A stretch of DNA of 32,000 bases from Okeania sp. (GCF_035285525.1 NZ_JAYKGW010000168.1:1-32000); one strand, 5' to 3'. Shown: positions 19,306-26,732, counted from the stretch's first letter. Made by a program: numbers and translations. Notes: generated by a model not told the origin, from the letters alone.

Positions 19306-20031
19306 TTTTATCTTAATAAGAAAGTCTTCAAGTTTAATCGAACCTGTGCTTATTGCAATACTAAAAATGTCCCTTTGGAAGTTGAGCATATTCAACCAAA
19401 GTCTTTTGGTGGTACTAACCGCATTAGTAATTTGACTTTGGCTTGTCGTCCGTGCAATGAAGCAAAGGGAAACCAAGATATTAAAGATTCCTGAGTGGGA
19501 AACCCAACTTGCTGGAGCGGATACGTTTTCAGGCCAAGCAACCACTTAAAGATGCTGCTGCTGTTAATGCTACTCGTTGGAAGTTGTTTGAAACATTAAC
19601 TGCAACAGGTTTGCCCATTACTACTGGAAGTGGTGCTCGTACTAAATATAATCGGCGACGGCTAAATTTACCATGCATAACATTGTATAGATGCGGCTTG
19701 TGTTGGTGAAGTCGAACAATTAACAATCCTAACTACTCAACCATTATTGGTAACGGCAATGGGACACGGTTGTAGACAGATGGTGCAAATGGACAAATAT
19801 GGTTTTCCCCGTCAGGGTTATAGGGCTAAAAAGCCTGTCGTAGGTTGGAAAACTGGAGATATTGTCAATAATGTGGTAAAAGGGAAAAACAATGGATTAA
19901 AAGGAGTCAGGATTAAAACTGTAAGAAGTAAGGGTAACTTTGATGTCCGACATGGGGATAAAATCTTGTCTGTATCTAGAAATCATATTCAATCTATTCA
20001 CTATGGAGATGGATACAATTACTCGTTTTAA
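19306..20031 (+). pseudogene. iscB: IscB-type RNA-guided HNH/RuvC nuclease, 5'-truncated and frameshifted remnant
   Basis: Three frames splice into CAYCNTKNVPLEVEHIQPKSFGGTNRISNLTLACRPCNEAKGNQDIKD / FLSGKPNLLERIRFQAKQPLKDAAAVNATRW...GSGARTKYNRRRLNLP / HA*HCIDAACVGE...TAMGHGCRQMVQMDKYGFPR...GDGYNYSF. There is a 1-nt frameshift near 19486-19491, a second shift near 19671-19675, and an in-frame TAA at 19678-19680. No N-terminal PLMP/RuvC-I part lies upstream. Confidence 0.8.
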
Positions 20032-20050
20032 GTAGATTTTTTCTAAGACC

Positions 20051-20303
20051 TAATTAGGGTTTGCTGAAAAAGTTTTTTAAGGGTAGGGAATTTGCATGAA
20101 ACCTCCCGTAGGGACGTTTCCCTTGAGCAGAGGAGCAAGAAAGTAATTTTTTTTTGCTCAACAATGTGCTTAAAATTGTAACTTTTTGTTTTTTCGGGAA
20201 CCGTGCATTAAGCAGCTTAAAAGCAGGTACTTTTGACCTACCTAAAAATCCTAAAAACTTTATCTGCAAATGCTTTGATATCTCCATACGCAAGCCCTAA
20301 ATA
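20051..20303. mobile_element. MITE-like element, family A (copy A6)
   Basis: Left taattagggtttgctgaaaaag starts 20 bp after the iscB remnant stop. Right cgcaagccctaaata. Interior ttttcgggaaccgt is shared with A4. Confidence 0.65.
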
Positions 20304-20475
20304 AACTTGGCTTTACGAAGCTTGACTTGGGTAAATTAATCAGATAACAATTATAGCATCTTATGATTATTTACTTTCTTTATAAATAATAAATAATTTT
20401 TCAGTCGCTTAAAATACTAACATTTTTTTGCTTAGATCAAAACATGAGATTCTAGGAAAAACTAAATTAACTGAA

Positions 20476-20757
20476 TTAACTTAGGCTAGATATTTTTTCA
20501 GCCATGCTAAAGTCTTTTTCTGTTAAACCACCAACATCATGGGTTGTTAATATAACTGTCACTTTATTGTAAGATATTTCTAAATCTGGATGATGTTGTG
20601 ATGCTTCAGCCGGAGCTACTAATTTATTCACAAAATCAATCGCTTCCACAAAATCCTTAAATACTTTTATACACTTAAGCTTATTTCCTGCCAATTTCCA
20701 ATCTGATATTTGACTGGCACGTTCATTGATTTCTTCTAAAGTTAATAATTGACTCAT
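20476..20757 (-). CDS. Pterin-4a-carbinolamine dehydratase (PCD/DCoH family)
   Basis: 93-aa ORF matching the full catalytic signature E-x3-HHP-x5-Y-x9-H-x8-D (EASQHHPDLEISYNKVTVILTTHDVGGLTEKD). Confidence 0.9.
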   Translation of the reverse strand: MSQLLTLEEINERASQISDWKLAGNKLKCIKVFKDFVEAIDFVNKLVAPAEASQHHPDLEISYNKVTVILTTHDVGGLTEKDFSMAEKISSLS

Positions 20758-20779
20758 TAAGCTATTCCTAGAATTACTT

Positions 20780-20850
20780 AAAAAACTATCCGCTCTTATC
20801 TTTAAGAGTTTCTTAGGAAATACCTAACAACTGATTTAAGATAAGAGCGG
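20780..20850 (-). terminator. Strong intrinsic terminator immediately upstream of the pcd start codon
   Basis: Perfect 13-bp stem ccgctcttatctt (20790-20802) / aagataagagcgg (20838-20850). On the minus strand it is followed by AUAGUUUUUU (A6 run at 20780-20785 on +). The pcd ATG is at 20757. Confidence 0.65.
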
Positions 20851-20955
20851 TCTAGGGGGTCACTTTGATTGAAACCTGACTGCCGGGAGGAACCCTAGAT
20901 CAGCCTAGTAAAGGTTAATCCTTATAGTTCCCAGGGTGGGAACAAAGACTAACTG

Positions 20956-21027
20956 CTAGAGAGCAGCCCCGGCACACAGCCGGCATTCTCCAATCAGGCG
21001 ACCCATGCGTTTACTACTATCTGGCAT
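20956..21027 (-). CDS. 23-codon micro-ORF inside the structured region (MPDSSKRMGRLIGECRLCAGAAL); coding status doubtful
   Basis: Perfect SD AAGGAGGTGA, with the ATG 8 nt after GGAGG. No recognisable family. It could be an accident of a structured RNA. Confidence 0.2.
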   Translation of the reverse strand: MPDSSKRMGRLIGECRLCAGAAL

Positions 21028-21083
21028 AGGCATCACCTCCTTTTATCCCTGAACGGTTATTGTTCATTTATTACACTTAGTTT

Positions 21084-21111
21084 ATATTAGCACAAAAATT
21101 TGAAAATGCAA
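21084..21111 (-). promoter_or_regulatory. Sigma70-like promoter candidate for the structured RNA
   Basis: Minus strand TTGCAT (21111-21106), 16-nt spacer, TAATAT (21089-21084). Confidence 0.35.
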
Positions 21112-21207
21112 CTACCTAGTTAATTTTTTTTTCAGAACAGAAAGAAAAATCCCCCCCCCAAAAAAATAATAACTCCCACATTACTAAATATGTAGAAGCT
21201 ATTAAAT

Positions 21208-21236
21208 AGGATGAGTACCAGACCCGGACTCATCCT
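21208..21236 (-). terminator. psbD terminator hairpin
   Basis: aggatgagt / actcatcct: 9-bp stem, 11-nt loop, starting 18 nt after the psbD stop, followed by AUUUAAUA on the minus strand. Confidence 0.5.
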
Positions 21237-21254
21237 TCAATTAACTAAGTTATA

Positions 21255-22313
21255 TTACAGAGCGTTACCACGAGGTAATACTTCTTCAGGGAAGATAAAG
21301 TTTTTATGTGGTTGATCCGCAGGAGCCATCCAAGCACGGATACCTTCGTTCAACAAAATGTTTTTAGTATAGAATGTTTCAAACTCAGGGTCTTCAGCAG
21401 CTCGTAACTCTTGAGAGACAAAGTCATAAGCTCGTAGGTTCAATGCTAAACCTACAATACCTATAGAACTCATCCACAATCCCATTACTGGTACGAACAA
21501 CATGAAGAAGTGTAACCAACGCTTGTTGGAAAATGCAATACCAAAGATTTGAGACCAGAAGCGGTTAGCTGTTACCATTGAGTATGTTTCTTCAGATTGA
21601 GTAGGCTCAAATGCACGGAAAGTATTTGCTGCCTCTCCATCTTGGAACAAAGTATTTTCTACTGTTGCTCCATGAATCGCACATAACAATGCTCCACCTA
21701 AAATTCCAGCTACACCCATCATGTGGAATGGGTTTAGTGTCCAGTTGTGGAATCCTTGTAAGAATAGGATGAATCGGAAGATACCAGCTACACCAAAACT
21801 AGGTGCAAAGAACCAGCTTGATTGACCCAATGGGTACATTAAGAATACACTTACAAATACAGCAATTGGTCCAGTGAAGGCAATAGCATTGTAAGGGCGA
21901 ATTCCTACCAAACGGGAAATTTCAATCTGACGTAAGCAGAAGCCAATCAAAGCAAATGCACCGTGTAGAGCTGTGAATGACCAAAGGCCACCAATTTGAC
22001 ACCAACGTGCAAAGTCACCCTGAGCTTCTGGGCCCCAGAGGAATAATAGGGAATGTCCCATAGTATCTGCTGGGCTACTAACTGCAACAGTTAGGAAGTT
22101 ACAGCCTTCTAGGTAAGAGGAAGCTAATCCGTGAGTATACCAGGAAGTAACGAAGGTAGTACCAGTTAACCAAGCTCCAATGGCTAGGAAAGCACATGGA
22201 AATAAGAGTATACCAGACCAGCCTACGAATACAAAGCGATCGCGCTTTAGCCAGTCATCGAGGACATCAAATGCGCCTCTTTGAGTTTGTGGGCGTCCCA
22301 CTGCTACAGTCAT
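21255..22313 (-). CDS. psbD: Photosystem II D2 protein
   Basis: Near-invariant D2 sequence (MTVAVGR...[20 protein letters not shown]...[10 protein letters not shown]). The start is placed at MTVAVG, giving the canonical 352 aa. GGAGA lies 8 nt upstream. No psbC overlaps or follows it. Confidence 0.97.
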   Translation of the reverse strand: MTVAVGRPQTQRGAFDVLDDWLKRDRFVFVGWSGILLFPCAFLAIGAWLTGTTFVTSWYTHGLASSYLEGCNFLTVAVSSPADTMGHSLLFLWGPEAQGDFARWCQIGGLWSFTALHGAFALIGFCLRQIEISRLVGIRPYNAIAFTGPIAVFVSVFLMYPLGQSSWFFAPSFGVAGIFRFILFLQGFHNWTLNPFHMMGVAGILGGALLCAIHGATVENTLFQDGEAANTFRAFEPTQSEETYSMVTANRFWSQIFGIAFSNKRWLHFFMLFVPVMGLWMSSIGIVGLALNLRAYDFVSQELRAAEDPEFETFYTKNILLNEGIRAWMAPADQPHKNFIFPEEVLPRGNAL

Positions 22314-22457
22314 TACGATATTCTCCAAATAATTATGATAACTACGGTCAATGTTTTCTCACTACATAGTATAGATATACCTAATTATGTATATTTCTGT
22401 TTGGACAGAAAATGAGAAGTTTTGTAAACAATGTTTAGTTTTATTACCGTGATTCTC

Positions 22458-22486
22458 ATTATAGAGGTAATTTTTGATTGGGGCAA
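22458..22486 (-). promoter_or_regulatory. Sigma70-like promoter candidate for psbD
   Basis: Minus strand TTGCCC (22486-22481), 17-nt spacer, TATAAT (22463-22458). This implies a 5' UTR of about 140 nt. Confidence 0.4.
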
Positions 22487-22612
22487 CTAGAAAAATAAAT
22501 TTTTTTAAGTATAATTTTTATTAGATTTTAGATTTTAAAGTGGCCTGATAAATTTAAACTAAAGCTCACAAGTTATACAAGAAAGTTCTTGCAGCGCTTT
22601 TCAGATTGATAA

Positions 22613-22916
22613 ACTACATAGGGTGTGCGGTTCTTCAGTCTTTTTGCGCTTGGGAGGGAGTAGGGAGTAGTAGGGACTTATGGAACGTCCGTACAGAGTC
22701 AAGAGGAATAAGGAGTTGTAGAGGACGAACACGGTTCCCGATACATCAGAAAAATTATCCCTTGACTTGGATGTCCCAATATAACCAAAATAGTCACTTT
22801 TTTACCCAAAAGGGGCGAAAACCTGGTAATTTTACGGTTCCCAAGAAATCACGACTAAAAAAGGCACTTACCTCTATCTATAAAGACTTTTAGATTTATT
22901 CAGCCAGCCCTACATA
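22613..22916. mobile_element. MITE-like element, family A (degenerate copy A7)
   Basis: Degenerate termini ctacatagggtgtgcgg and cagccagccctacat. Interior shares atggaacgtccgtacagagtcaaga with A1 and ggttcccg with A3, A4 and A6. The 95-aa tracked ORF here is an artefact. Confidence 0.55.
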
Positions 22917-23099
22917 ACCAAAAAGTTGTAGGGGCGAATGGCCATTATCTCCTACTGTGTTCTACCGAAATGAAAATCCCTGTTGGATTAGCGAACTACA
23001 GAAGTTAAATTATTGCTGTGGATAAATTATGAGAGGAATGAGAATTTCCTAACCCCTCTCTCTGCTGAATGTTATGAATAGCCAGTTGAAAATATTATC

Positions 23100-23410
23100 A
23101 AATTCACATAATATCTTAAGTAATACCTAAGATGGGACTTACTATATATAAGACTAACCACAAATCTAATCAAAGCGCTCAAGTCGCTTAAATGGTTAGT
23201 CCAGCCTACCTAGCAGTAAGTAAACCTCCTGATCGATCATAATACTTCGTATGGGCGTGGCCAGTTCTGACCTAAGAGTGTTTGGCATTAAACAGGTAAA
23301 AAGATTTGAAAAACAAGTGTGTCATACCTTTTCAAGCCAAAATAACCGGGCGTGGCCAACTTTACACTTTTTGTAGGAGGGACGCAAAAATCTCCAATTC
23401 AACTAATTAT
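23100..23410 (+). ncRNA. Possible HEARO/omega-RNA remnant upstream of the iscB 5' fragment
   Basis: Position and orientation fit IscB loci, where the omega-RNA sits directly 5' of and running into the ORF. Nested helices gactaacc (23152-23159) / ggttagtc (23194-23201) enclose aagcg...cgctt. The 11-mer gggcgtggcca is repeated at 23253 and 23348. No covariance model was applied. Confidence 0.3.
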
Positions 23411-23519
23411 GTATTCGTGCTTGACACGAGTAAAGCACCATTAACATCATGCAAACCAGGCATAGCCAGGTCACTTATTAAAAGTAGGCAAAGCCAAAGT
23501 TTTTAGAGTTGATTTTAAG
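23408..23519 (+). pseudogene. iscB: IscB N-terminal (PLMP-domain) fragment, frameshifted and 3'-truncated
   Basis: YVFVLDTSKAPLTSCKPGIARSLIK, then a +1 frame giving GKAKVFRVDFK*. This matches the IscB N-terminus pattern VFVLDxxGxPLMPCxPxxARxLLKxGKAxV. There is no in-frame ATG and homology ends by about 23520. Confidence 0.65.
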
Positions 23520-23624
23520 TAGTCAACAGCTTTGGCAGTAGGTATCCCTATTGATAAGGCTTAATTCTCGTTATACTGTATTAAGGTTAAAACGGGAGAA
23601 AGTTACCAAAAAAAAAGAGGTTTA

Positions 23625-23745
23625 AAGCCTCCCCTTAAAAAGGGATGAAAAAAATTTCGATTCAGTATTTCAAGCTTCTGGCTTTCCTGCGGAATGCTGC
23701 GCCAACAGCGAGAGGTAATGATAACTGATAACTGAAATGACGGTT
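23625..23745 (+). repeat. Composite dispersed repeat (family E plus a family C terminus plus ATAACTG heptamers)
   Basis: ccccttaaaaagggatgaaaaaaatttcgattcagtatttcaagcttc matches the clpR-clpP3 spacer repeat. ctttcctgcggaatgctgcgccaacagcg matches the family C terminus in inverted orientation. gataactgataactg is also present. Confidence 0.55.
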
Positions 23746-23767
23746 CAACCTGACTAAATAATTAAAA

Positions 23768-24034
23768 ATGTTCACTATTGATATTATTGTAAAATATACT
23801 CCTGTACCATTTTCAGTACAACGTAAGTCTGCTGAGGATGCTGAGGATGTTTATCAACAAATTCTTGAGGCTATTCGTTCTGGAAGCCCTCAAATTTTGG
23901 AACTTACTTGTGAGAAAATGCCAGAGAAAAAGATAGCTATAGTAATCAGTGAAGTTTCTGGGGTGCAAATTTCCCAAAAATCTGGTACTGCTGCTGCTGG
24001 AAGAACACCTGGTTTTGTAGCTATGGGTCAATGA
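23768..24034 (+). CDS. Small conserved cyanobacterial protein (UPF0367-like, from memory)
   Basis: 88-aa ORF. The pattern ...P(V/M)P.SV.RK.....A..VYQ.I..A...G.P...ELTCEK...KK is recalled from the UPF0367 family. The stop overlaps the next gene's ATG (ATGA at 24031). Confidence 0.6.
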   Translation: MFTIDIIVKYTPVPFSVQRKSAEDAEDVYQQILEAIRSGSPQILELTCEKMPEKKIAIVISEVSGVQISQKSGTAAAGRTPGFVAMGQ

Positions 24035-24726
24035 AGCCAAAAGATCAAACTGTTAAGGTTACTCATCCAGCAATTTTAGTAGAAGATATTTGTTTTAATT
24101 GGCCTAACGGTAGTCAAGTATTACGTTCTTGTTCTCTTAAAGTACCCAAGGGACAGTTTTGGATGCTCTTGGGTAGTAATGGTAGTGGCAAATCAACTTT
24201 GTTAAGATTGCTGGCTCAACTTTTGTCTCCTAAATCTGGAAAAATTAATTTTGAAGGTAAAATAGGTTTTGTTTTTCAAAATCCTGACCATCAACTTGTA
24301 ATGCCTACAGTGGGAGCTGATGTTGCTTTTGGATTGGTTGAAGAGAAGTTATCTCAACTTCAAGTTCGCTCTAGGGTTGAAGATGCTTTGAGTGCTGTAA
24401 ATTTATTAGAACTACAACGCCGACCTATTTATGCTTTGAGTGGGGGACAAAAACAAAGAATTGCTATTGCTGGTGCTATTGCTCGTAACTGTGATATCTT
24501 ACTTTTGGATGAACCTACAGCTTTACTCGATCCAGATAGTCAATTAGATTTGGTGACTCAAGTCCAAAGTTTGGTAAATAATCGAGGTATTACTGCTCTC
24601 TGGGTGACTCATCGCTTGAATGAGTTAGATTATGCTGATGGAGCATTTTTGCTAGATAAGGGCAAAGTAGTAGATGAAGGTAGTCCTGAACTTTTGCAGA
24701 AACGTTTAATTAAGGATTTGGATTAA
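24031..24726 (+). CDS. ABC transporter ATP-binding protein (ECF/CbiO-like ATPase)
   Basis: Walker A GSNGSGKST, signature LSGGQKQR, Walker B ILLLDEPT, H-loop VTHR. There is no permease or S-component gene in the window. Confidence 0.9.
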   Translation: MKPKDQTVKVTHPAILVEDICFNWPNGSQVLRSCSLKVPKGQFWMLLGSNGSGKSTLLRLLAQLLSPKSGKINFEGKIGFVFQNPDHQLVMPTVGADVAFGLVEEKLSQLQVRSRVEDALSAVNLLELQRRPIYALSGGQKQRIAIAGAIARNCDILLLDEPTALLDPDSQLDLVTQVQSLVNNRGITALWVTHRLNELDYADGAFLLDKGKVVDEGSPELLQKRLIKDLD

Positions 24727-24740
24727 ACTATTGTTCCTGA

Positions 24741-24926
24741 GTAAGCATTTGGCGATCAGCTATTTATTTTATTTTAAGATAAAAGCTTTATTAGTTAGTT
24801 GCGGTAAATTCAATTTTACTATCAAAGGCGACTTTACTTTAAAGGTTCAAGCCATTTTCAGATATTTAGATAGGATTTGCTGATAGCTGACGACTAACTA
24901 ATACCTTAATGCTTGAGTTGCTGGAC
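24741..24926. mobile_element. MITE-like element, family B (copy B5, inverted interior)
   Basis: Left gtaagcatttggcgatcagctat begins 15 bp after the ABC gene stop. Right gctgatagctgacgactaactaataccttaatgcttga. Confidence 0.6.
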
Positions 24927-25050
24927 TAATTTTTATTAGTTAACCCTTTAGCAAGGATATTAAGAATAGTGGGGTGTAGATTATAAATTTGGATAAATGT
25001 TATGCTAGCTTAGTATTTGTTAACATTATCTAAATAACTTACCTTGAGTC

Positions 25051-25593
25051 ATGTCACGCCCTTTAAAGCAAACTATTTTACTTGTAGATGGCTATAACGT
25101 TATTGGTTTATGGCCTCGCCTCCGAGAAGTTCGCAATTTTCATGGATTGGAAACAGCCAGAAGAGATTTAATTGAGGCTTTAGTAAACTACAGTGCTAGT
25201 CAGGGCTTAAATACTCAAATCGTATTTGATTCCCAATACCAATATACTCCTACTACGAAAGAAATTATTACTGATAGATTATTGGTTTATTATACAGAGT
25301 TTGGTCAGACAGCAGATACTTTTATAGAGAAAGCTTGTGCTAATCTTCGCCAGGATATCCATTTATCTAAAAGTAGGTTAATAGTGGCTACTTCAGATCG
25401 AGATGAAAAACTTACCGTGATTGGTTATGGTGCTGAGTGGATGTCTTCTCAACAGCTTGCCCATGATGTAGAAAATGTAGCCAGCAATGTTCGGAGTAGA
25501 TGTCAACGAAGGAAAAAAACATCAAGTCGTTTTGCTAGTTATTTAGACCCAGAATCTCAAAGACGTCTGGCTGAATTGAGAATGGGTAAATAA
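25051..25593 (+). CDS. NYN-domain ribonuclease-like protein (YacP/Rae1 family)
   Basis: 180-aa ORF. N-terminal ILLVDGYNVIGLWP and later VATSDRDE, typical of YacP-like NYN domains. Confidence 0.8.
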   Translation: MSRPLKQTILLVDGYNVIGLWPRLREVRNFHGLETARRDLIEALVNYSASQGLNTQIVFDSQYQYTPTTKEIITDRLLVYYTEFGQTADTFIEKACANLRQDIHLSKSRLIVATSDRDEKLTVIGYGAEWMSSQQLAHDVENVASNVRSRCQRRKKTSSRFASYLDPESQRRLAELRMGK

Positions 25594-25675
25594 TATTTAC
25601 GTTATCATATAGTTTGACGTAAAGTTAAATAAAATTATCTAATGATAGATATAAAAATAAAATATCAAAAAGGGG

Positions 25676-25705
25676 TTGCAAAATATTTTGCATCACCACT
25701 ATAAT
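25676..25705 (+). promoter_or_regulatory. Sigma70-like promoter candidate for tRNA-Asn
   Basis: TTGCAA (25676-25681), 18-nt spacer, TATAAT (25700-25705), about 35 nt upstream of the mature tRNA 5' end. Confidence 0.5.
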
Positions 25706-25740
25706 AAGTAATTGTTGCTCAGGAAAAAGCACACACTTAA

Positions 25741-25812
25741 TCCTCGGTAGCTCAGCGGTAGAGCGGTCGGCTGTTAACCGATTGGTCGCAGGTTCGAATC
25801 CTGCCCGGGGAG
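25741..25812 (+). tRNA. tRNA-Asn (anticodon GUU)
   Basis: Hand-folded cloverleaf: acceptor TCCTCGG/CCGGGGA, D arm GCTC-AGCGGTA-GAGC, anticodon arm GTCGG-CTGTTAA-CCGAT, T arm GCAGG-TTCGAAT-CCTGC, discriminator G. 72 nt, CCA not encoded. Confidence 0.95.
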
Positions 25813-25833
25813 TTTAAAAACTTTATGAACATA

Positions 25834-25896
25834 TTTGTAGAGGGTTTAGGGACCTTTGTAGGGGGTTGGGAGACCTTTGTAGAGGGTTGGGAGACC
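25834..25896 (+). repeat. 21-bp tandem repeat x3 (tttgtagagggttgggagacc-like)
   Basis: Units at 25834-25854, 25855-25875 and 25876-25896. The last unit pairs with the following aaacccctac to form a GTAG-initiated hairpin. Confidence 0.85.
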
Positions 25897-25983
25897 AAAC
25901 CCCTACGGTGTTAAATTCTAACGATTACCGGATTTGATATAACTTCTTCCTTTTCATATCAAATCCGCTGGCTTTGGATAATA

Positions 25984-26163
25984 GGGTTATACCATCAGAG
26001 AAGAGGGAAAATTTCTAGTTGGTAGAGGCTTTGGAGACCAAACCCCTACGGTCTTAAATTCTAAGGATTACCGGAAGGGTTATACCATCAGAGAAGAGGG
26101 AAAATTTCTAGTTGGTAGAGGCTTTGGAGACCAAACCCCTAACGGTCTTAAATTCTACCGATT
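25984..26163 (+). repeat. 93-bp tandem direct repeat x2, each carrying the hairpin gtagaggctttgg-aga-ccaaacccctac
   Basis: Copy 1 at 25984-26076 and copy 2 at 26077-26163. They are identical over the first 66 nt, then differ by a 1-nt insertion. The hairpin module also occurs at 25878-25934. Confidence 0.9.
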
Positions 26164-26216
26164 TTTTACCTACTTTTTGATTTGTCACCGCCTATACACG
26201 GATTGCTACAAATTAA

Positions 26217-26474
26217 TTATTCATCAACTTTCAATTTTTGGCAGAAGATACGTTCACATTTAATTTCACCATTTCCCAGAGTTTGATGAATTTCTAATTC
26301 TGCTTCAGGAAATGCTTGAAAGAGGAAACGTTCTCCAGGAAAGACGGTATGTTCCCAATATTCATTTTCAATATTACTAATTCTAGCAATCTGCATTTTG
26401 GCAGTAGTATTTGCATAGAAACAGAGAATTTTTTGACTTTGTTTTTCTGGTAGTCTATCTAGTGTTACAGTCAT
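26217..26474 (-). CDS. Small conserved cyanobacterial protein (DUF1830-like)
   Basis: 85-aa ORF. The pattern C.Y.N.T..MQI.RI.N......E..VFPGERFLF.A...A.LEIH is recalled from DUF1830. The family assignment is unverified. Confidence 0.6.
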   Translation of the reverse strand: MTVTLDRLPEKQSQKILCFYANTTAKMQIARISNIENEYWEHTVFPGERFLFQAFPEAELEIHQTLGNGEIKCERIFCQKLKVDE

Positions 26475-26732
26475 AATCTTTAAGTTCCTTCTAAGTTTTC
26501 AATGCTAATTAGCAACCCGACTGAATCTTGAGATTTTTGAGTGCCAATACTATTATTATAAATTGATAGTAATTCTTTAAGCATATCTTTAACTACTTTT
26601 ATTGAAGAAAATTTATTTAACTTAAGTTATCTACTTCTAGATTGTTATTTTCCCAGTCATATATGTTCATAATTGAGCATTTTATACTGATCAAATTACT
26701 TAAGTAAGTATTGAGCTTTTGAATGTAATAAT

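Larger units (their letters stand above)
20780..21077 (-). ncRNA. Candidate structured RNA or cis-regulatory leader (unclassified)
   Basis: 52 percent G+C by hand count over 20851-21040, against 28 percent over 21061-21180. Several local hairpins on the minus strand (gttccca-ccc-tgggaac, ccggc-tgtgt-gccgg, gctgcu-cucu-agcagu, ctaggg...ccctag). Bounded by promoter-like boxes and the terminator above. Confidence 0.4.

Noticed and set aside
19300-19726. Minus-strand ORFs 19300-19545 and 19529-19726
   Set aside because: They are antisense to the clearly recognisable IscB HNH/RuvC coding remnants on the + strand and show no family features.
20054-20293. Tracked 79-aa minus-strand ORF
   Set aside because: It lies wholly inside family A MITE copy A6, has a Lys/Phe-rich low-complexity translation, and has no SD.
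20975-21010. Minus-strand CCUGAUUGGAGAAUGCCGGC resembling the TPP-riboswitch CCUGAUCUGGAUAAUGCCAGC segment
   Set aside because: The obligatory CUGAGA element and the P1-P3 architecture are absent. The downstream gene is unrelated to thiamine. I treat the match as chance similarity.
21027-21045. catcacctccttt resembling the 16S rRNA 3' end
   Set aside because: The flanking sequence has no similarity to 16S rRNA. The match is simply the complement of a perfect Shine-Dalgarno sequence on the minus strand.
22606-22893. Tracked 95-aa ORF
   Set aside because: It is contained in family A MITE copy A7. The same sequence blocks occur non-coding in A1, A3 and A4, and it uses a non-ATG start.
25813-26216. 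Genomic island integrated at tRNA-Asn
   Set aside because: There is no integrase, no duplicated tRNA 3' end (att-like direct repeat) and no cargo genes. The flank consists only of hairpin and tandem repeats before an ordinary conserved small gene.
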